41,064 nucleotides of DNA from NCBI GenBank assembly GCA_000934665.2, contig JYFJ02003472.1, positions 1 through 41,064 of the forward strand, given 5' to 3'. A program made the position numbers and the translations under genes. Origin of the DNA: Catajapyx aquilonaris. Its lineage: Eukaryota. This document shows, one piece after another, positions 34,747-41,064 of the stretch (position 1 is its first letter; every line of letters starts with the position of its first letter). The notes under the pieces were generated by a model. That model saw nothing but the letters and a program-made list of their open reading frames with translations, had not been told where the DNA came from and did no database searches.

Positions 34747-37438
34747 TCAGTGGGCTCTTTTCTTGTGACGAATTAAGTCACCACGACCAGCAAACTGCTT
34801 CTGGCATATGTCGCAACAATAAGGCTTCTCACCAGTGTGGACCCTAATATGTGCCACCAATAGAGATTTGCATGCGAACCCTTTGCCACAAGTGGAACAA
34901 GAGTGTAACTCTCTTTCCCCAGTGTGAAGTTGCATGTGATACTTCAAATGTCTAGCTTGAGTAAAAGATTTTTCACACAGTCCACAGTGATGCTTCCTGC
35001 CAGTGTGGGTCACCTTGTGCTCCTCCAATTTGCTCCTCTCGCAAAACTTCCTACCACAAACTTCACAAGAGAAAGGTGCAACACCAAGATGGACAGCCTG
35101 ATAATGCATCTGCAAGTAGCGGTTCGATGTAAATCTCTTTTCACAGGCAGTGCAACCAAAGGGCTTTTCGTCACTTCTGTGAACTATTTGATGCCTCTTG
35201 AAGTGTCCGCTGTGTTGAGTCTTATATGAGCACAGATCACACTGAAGCCATTTCTGAGCTGGCAGAGCCTTTCTTTTCACCATTTCCGAAGCACCAGACG
35301 TCCCCTGGTGCTCAGCAGAGACGAAGCCATCTGTGGTGCTCTGACTCTCTGTTTCAGTTGGCTGTATTTGTCGCTCGTGCTGAAAATAATTCAAACGTAA
35401 AGCAGGTGGGAATCAGCATGGCAAGTTTTAAGTTGATCAAAAGTTGTAATGATTAAGGACAATAGCATGAGCAATATAACCATGATGGAAACCAATTCTA
35501 CAAAAGTTTTAAAACATTGACATATCAACTCTTAATGTAAATTCAGAAGAGTTATCACAGAAACCGATCCTGACATTCACGTATGAAAGGGCAAGTGAGT
35601 TCATGCTAAAGGTAACTGGCATAAAAACTGATTTTTCCAGCAATTAGGTATTGCCCATGATTCGCTTAACATTACGTCAAACATACCTTCCTCTGTCGCC
35701 TTTGGTTTGTTTTGTGACTTGCGTAACAAAGAGGATCATCATCTGAGTGAGCAGATGGAGCATGTTCATGGATGGAGTCATCCACACGCAAGGTCAGGTC
35801 ACCGATTTCCACCTTTTCTGTTTCACCAAACTGCAATATTCAATATGACTTCTAGTGAATCTGCTCTTGTTCTCATTACTGCTATTCATATCACTTACAG
35901 CAAATTGCTTCGTGGGCTTCATTCTCTTACGAGTGCCATGTAAAACACTTGTCTCTAATGGAAGTTCCTCAACATTGATGAACTCAGTGTTTTCCCAGGT
36001 TGCAGAAGTGGAGGCCTGTGGAAAAATAACACAGCAGTTGCAATTGGTAGTAATACGTAAAACCAGAGTTGCAGTACCCCTATTTTACATGTCATAAACT
36101 GGCAGGTACCGGACAAAAGTAGAGATTTTGGCATGAAATGCCAAAATAATTATAATCATCATGTTTGCAGGCTGACTGTTTCGCCACATTTAGCTTCCCA
36201 TAAAATCAGGCACTTCTCCCAAACAAATGTGTGGGTGGTAGCCACATGCGATGCACTGTTACGATTATCTCTTTCGTTTTGCAATTACAATTGAGGCGCT
36301 CAGAGGAAGATTGAACCGATTGGCGATTGAAGTCAAAAGTGGCTATCTTATTTTTTTCTTGCTTTTGAGTTGAGACTGCCATGAAAATCTTCAAGTAAAG
36401 GTATGCCTAATGAGCCAAAGACCTGGGTAAAAATTAGTCATCTTGGTATACCCGCAAGCATGAAGTTGGAGATGCTGCGGGCCTCCTCTGACCTTTCTTT
36501 ATCCAACTCGAATTAATGGATTATTTTTGGACTGAGTTAGCTGTTTCAGGCCTGTGTTCATGTCTTTATAACAGTATATATGATACCGTAATAGCCGAGA
36601 TTGGAAGAGCACCCGGCCGTCTCCAACTTTATGCTTGCAGGTGTACATGCAAATCTGAGAATCGCATTTGCAGCTGTACAAATCGAAACTGAAAAGTGGA
36701 ATTTTCTCAAGATGAGGTTCGGCGAAGAGTCTGCATTTGGCTTCCACCTCCTGAAGTAATCAAGTAGTGTCCCATACCTGGCTCCATGCCTCACTCTCCA
36801 TGTCCATCTCTTGCTTCAGTGTTCCCTCCTGAAGCAATTGCTGTCCTTGAATCCCACAGGAATGGACATCTGGAATGACTGGAAGATCCGTTGAAGTTGC
36901 TTCTGAATCAACATTGCCGACAAGTGCAGCAATTTCAGTGATGTTTTTGGCTGCCTCTGCTTCCAAGTCTCTATTACAGCTCCCCTAAAAAATACGGCCA
37001 TGTTTAATTGAATTGACTATCAAGGTTACTGGCACTTTTTGATTTTTAAAAGTCAAGCAGCACTTGATCCTTCATGTGCCCTGTCCTCACAGTCTGCTCC
37101 GACTCCCAATCCTCTTCCTCCACTTTTATTTCTGTATCAATGTCACACGCAGGCATCCCCTGGCTGCCTGCATCTCCAGTGTTGACAGAAACAAACTCGG
37201 TGGGAAGGGACTGGCCTGAAGCATCTTCTGGAATGCAAGACGCATTGTTATCCGATGCACACGCCCTTGTTCCTCCTTCCTGCGTACCTTCCCTTCCACG
37301 CTTCTCCTTCTTCATCCACCCCTCCACCCTCCCGATGGCCTCCTGGCACCAGTCCATTCGTGACATCAACCCTTCCAGAAGCCTCCTGTTCCCTAGAGAC
37401 ACTTCCATCAGAGACTCCAGGGTGACTGGAGCAGCCAT
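34747..37438 (-). CDS. Gene K: coiled-coil/6xC2H2 zinc-finger protein (~423 aa if E4 is skipped)
   Basis: Exons 37438-37288, 37227-37091, 36984-36778, [36015-35953, donor mutated to AC], 35830-35687, 35379-34747. Confidence 0.8.
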
Positions 37439-37601
37439 TGCTTCAACCCTAGAGCCTTCAGTCCTGATTCTGATGTCGGCAAGGGAAGACCAGAAGATGC
37501 CAGTCAAATCCTGGAATTGGAATTGAAGAAAGGGGGTCCAAAAGGAGGTGGAAATGGAAGGAAATGCTTCAGAGGAACAGTCTTCTTAAAGGAAAGAGAC
37601 G

Positions 37602-37619
37602 GTCGCCATCTTGGATTGG
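37602..37619 (-). promoter_or_regulatory. CCAAT + YY1-type motif upstream of gene K
   Basis: CCAATCCAAGATGGCGAC on the minus strand. Confidence 0.6.
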
Positions 37620-38154
37620 ATTTCAGAGGGCGTGTTCCAATCGCTGTTCGAGAAACAGTGTGTAGGGGTGCATTCGGACCGATGTTTCGCATGGAAAGGC
37701 AGTGTTGGAATGACCACTGGATATGCAGCATCAGATGTTAAATGATGTGACTTTGTAATTAAAATGTAATCGACATAGCAAATGGAACACCCAAATGTTG
37801 GAAATGGTTGACTTATTTCCAAGGGGTAGGCCACCCAACATGAACTTTTATCTTTACGTAAGAATACAATGACTTTTTTATGATTTATCTGTAGCCCCTT
37901 ACTAATGAAATACTCATCGAGGCTTGTCAACAAAAATGTTGTAAATGGATCAGATTATCCGGCTGCAACACGTCATCAGCGTAAATCGATGGTCGTATAT
38001 TTCCTGTGTCCGTGGGCTTATATCAATATTTTTAACCAAATGATTGTGATGTGAACATGGGAGGTCTAAATAAGTGACGGAAATATATTGCTGACTAAAA
38101 TGGCGTGGTTTTGCCCAAGACACAATACCCGTGTGAACATGCGATCTTATCCCA

Positions 38155-38395
38155 GTGTCCTCATCTGCTCCGCTCCCCAGTCTTCTTCCATCCATTTAGA
38201 TTTCCTCTTCAAAAGTCACATGCAGGCATCGACTGGCTGCTTGCATCTCCAGTGTCCATGGAAACAAACTCGGTGGGAAGCAACTGGCTCGAAGCAACTT
38301 CTGAAATGCAAAGACGCATTAATTTCCAATGCACACGTCCTTGTTCATGGTTCATGCCTACCTTCCCTTCAACCCTTCTTCATCCATTCTTTTTC
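38155..38395 (-). pseudogene. Degenerate E2/mini-intron/E1-end remnant of the ZNF family
   Basis: Homologous to E2 (CTCCAGTGTCCATGGAAACAAACTCGGTGGGAAGCAACTGG) but the E2 donor is lost (CAG|AT) and E1 is truncated. A smaller paralogous remnant lies at ~34380-34410. Confidence 0.7.
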
Positions 38396-38495
38396 CATGC
38401 ATTCGTCTCCAGGAGGATTCTGGCGATAATCTGTGCCTTTTCGAAACAACTTATTCAATTATATGATGTTCATGCAGCAACAATTTATTTACAAA

Positions 38496-38530
38496 CTAGC
38501 AGCGGTACCCGTTCTTCGCACGGGGAAAAA
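38496..38530 (-). mobile_element. Helitron-type 3' terminus (element extends rightward; 5' end not located)
   Basis: Minus strand CCCGTGCGAAGAACGGG hairpin followed by TACCGCTG-CTAG|T. The paralogous empty site at ~34515 reads ACAAA^TATAC. Confidence 0.7.
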
Positions 38531-39239
38531 AAGAGCGTGGATAATTACACCGAAATCTTCTTAGATCTCAAGCAATATTAAATGCAAAACTGCTCATTCC
38601 CTTGCCTATGTAGGCACTGGAAGGGTGTAAAAATTCTGGTTTGTTTGCGTAATAAAGAGCCACGCAACTATGGCCATGTGGTTATCAGAATACAAAAAGG
38701 TGGGACAGATGGAGAGAGAAACAAATAGGAAAAAGAAGAAAGGAAAGACTGGCATCTCTCTTAGTCTGTCTCCTATCCCAAAGACCTGTCCGACTTCGGC
38801 GGCCCTACCACGACACCTAGACGAAACTACCGCCGGCATAGCTCTTCAGGATCATGGGAAAACGAAAGCCCACCACCACGGCAAGGTGGAGATACATTGG
38901 GGGGAGGGGACATAAAAAATTTTGATAAAAAATTGGGGCAAGTGCAAAATTTGAAGCCATTTATAGGCCTGTTTCTATATGGTGATCACCAACAAAATTC
39001 TGGTGCCTTACATTACAAAATGGTAAGGCATACGTAGATTATCAAAATATGTTATTAATGAATTAATTTATAGCAGCAAACCCGTGTGTAGTGTCTGGTA
39101 CATATGTTGAACCTGGTGTCAGTCAACGTACACACAGAAGTGATCGAAACCGGAGGGATAATTGGACAGTGTTATGCAATAATGGGTCAACCCACAAAAA
39201 TGTCAAAATTGAGCCAAGCCCAGGAACATACACCTAAAG

Positions 39240-39981
39240 CAGAGTGTCTTAGCCTTTTCGGGCCTCTGCACCCCTTTGTAGACAATATACAGGGTGTTTA
39301 CGACCTAACTTTACAAACTTCCAGGGGTGATAGAGGGGACCAAGACAAACATTTTTGACATAGGAACCCGTGTCCGGAAACGCCATCTAGAGGGGGTTCA
39401 TAGACAAGGAACGGGTGCGCTCAGACGCGTCACGCGAGAGGCGCTAGTCGAGCGGACTGTTTTGTTGATAGATGGCGCTCGGATAGTAACCAACTATGCG
39501 ATGCGCCATAATGTGGCAACAGCAGAGCCATCTAGCAACTAAAGTCCGCCTCCTAGGAGACGCACGGATAGTCAACAGTGGTTCTGTTGTTGCCAGGTTA
39601 TGGCGTATCGCGTTGTTGTTTACTTACATACGCCATAACCTGGCAACAACTGTGCGCCATCTATCAACAAAACAGTCCGCTCGCCTAGCGTCTCTCGTGT
39701 GACGCGTCTGAGCGCACCCGTTCCTTGTCTATGAACCCCCTCTAGATGGCGTTTCCGGACACGGTTTCCTATGTCAAAAATGTTTGTCTTGGTCCCCTCT
39801 ATTACCCCTGGAAGTTTGTAAAGTTAGGTCGTAAACACCCTGTATATTGGTCCTTGTCGCACCCCCTTTACCAGGGGTGATTGATTACGTTCATATAGTT
39901 AGACCAGTTTATATTAACTCTTGTTTAGAGGTACACCTCGCACCCCCTGGAGGTGCGGGCACCCCAGGCTAAGAACCGCTG
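39240..39981. mobile_element. hAT MITE (~190 bp of own sequence) interrupted by a mariner-type MITE
   Basis: TIRs CAGAGTGTCTTAGCCT / AGGCTAAGAACCGCTG. 8-bp TSD ACCTAAAG / ACCTAAAT. Confidence 0.75.
39290..39842. mobile_element. Tc1/mariner-type MITE with ~190-bp near-perfect TIRs
   Basis: TA|CAGGGTGTTTACGACC...GGTCGTAAACACCCTG|TA. Arms at 39290-39478 and 39654-39842. Confidence 0.92.
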
Positions 39982-40171
39982 ACCTAAATAAGGATCCTAC
40001 TTAATTCAGTTAAAATCATGCACGTGAAATCTGCATACTTCTGCCACAAATGACCGGAAAGAACACTGAATTAATTTCACAGGTATGACCTTTAAAGCAC
40101 CTTTTCTCAAAACTGTTCTCATGTGGGTTGATGCATTATTGCATAACACCGTCCAATTATCAAAATAATCC

Positions 40172-40380
40172 AGTAGGTACCCGTTTTACACCCCTCCATT
40201 TTACGCCGTTCTACATTAACGCAGGTTTGAATATGACATCATAAAATTTTTAAATTGAAAAATTGTTATAACGTGGAAATTATGCTGGTTGTGAAGTGGC
40301 CATGAAAGATTTCCCATGCGGGAAGTACCCGTTTTACGCCGCTACATTTTACGCCGTTTCGCATTAACCCCGGTTTAAAT
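40172..40380. repeat. Two direct copies of a Tigger-like terminal motif
   Basis: GTACCCGTTTTAC..C..CATTTTACGCCGTT...CATTAAC..GGTTT at ~40177-40230 and ~40325-40378. Confidence 0.5.
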
Positions 40381-40971
40381 ATTACATTTGAAAATTTTGT
40401 ATCATAATTTTAAAATAATATTTGATTACACAATCTGAACATGAAGGCATCACTTCAACACTTCTGATGAGACCAAACCCACGAACGTATACCTGCTCTT
40501 CTTTCCTCTGTGTTTCCTGGTGCCTTGTGGCAGGTTCTATCGATATATGAACTGTACAGTACCGTATTGTTCGGTATTGTTGATCTCGGAACTCCCCTAA
40601 GTACTCCAACCGTTCATTGTTACAATACCCTACTCGTATACTGCAATTCTTGCTGCAATTATATTATTCTTGCCAACCTGCCCGTTGTTCTATTGTTTTC
40701 ATTGTTCAAGATGCAATGTTGATTTCATTTTAGAACGCGAGTGAGAGAGAGGCAGATCCTTCTTTTGGGCTTGTTGACAGCCAGGGTTGCTAGGCAATTG
40801 CTTAATCTGCTGAAAACCCCCCTTAGACTCAAAAAAGTTCGGGTTTAAGACTTTTCTCGGGGTCAGTGATATGTAAGACATGGCTCTGAGAAATTTGAGC
40901 GCTCTCCGTGCCCGGGAAGTGGCTTAATTAGGCGTGATAAATAAATATACGTACAAATGTTGAGCTTTATA

Positions 40972-41064
40972 CAGGGTGTTTATTGTAACTCTGCAAAGAC
41001 TTTCAGGGGTAATAGAGGGGACCAAGACAAGTATTTTTGACATAGGAACCCGTGTCCGGAAACG
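40972..41064. mobile_element. Left end of a related CAGGGTG mariner-type MITE, running off the window
   Basis: TA|CAGGGTGTTTA...AGAGGGGACCAAGACAA...GACATAGGAACCCGTGTCCGGAAACG matches the 39290 element. Confidence 0.85.

Larger units (their letters stand above)
39157..40161. mobile_element. Outer TIR element (pogo-like MITE) hosting two nested insertions
   Basis: 40-bp inverted repeats at 39157-39196 / 40122-40161 (3 mismatches). True termini are unclear. Confidence 0.65.

Noticed and set aside
6931..37526. Recurrent plus-strand ORFs (e.g. ...TDSVGRDWPEASSGMQDAL..., ...HPSTLPMASWHQS...) conserved across units
   Set aside because: They are antisense shadows of E1/E2. Their starts, stops and frames vary between copies, and conservation is explained by the minus-strand genes.
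38606..41064. Short ORFs in the right-hand repeat region as possible transposase or Rep/helicase
   Set aside because: All are under 90 aa with no DDE/DDD, HUH or helicase motifs visible; the elements appear non-autonomous.

Overview
Eukaryotic DNA, probably invertebrate/arthropod-like (short GT-AG introns, many MITEs; species not identifiable from sequence). Bases ~1.3-38.4 kb are a tandem minus-strand array of one paralogous multi-exon C2H2 zinc-finger gene family. I label the units A-K from left to right. The full architecture is: a CCAAT+YY1-type promoter motif; E1, a ~49-aa conserved predicted coiled coil that is not KRAB/ZAD/BTB/SCAN; a 57-60 bp mini-intron; E2-E5, acidic linkers with IKxE SUMO-type motifs; and E6, six C2H2 fingers with highly variable base-contacting residues. 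There are 11 open zinc-finger exons but only 7 promoter+ATG first exons. Several promoterless 3' modules keep intact splice sites and reading frames, which suggests alternative terminal-exon use. Introns and flanks hold piggyBac-, Tc1/mariner-, pogo- and hAT-type non-autonomous elements, a tRNA-derived SINE and a Helitron end. Gene models were built by hand from splice consensus and paralog comparison, with no transcript evidence.
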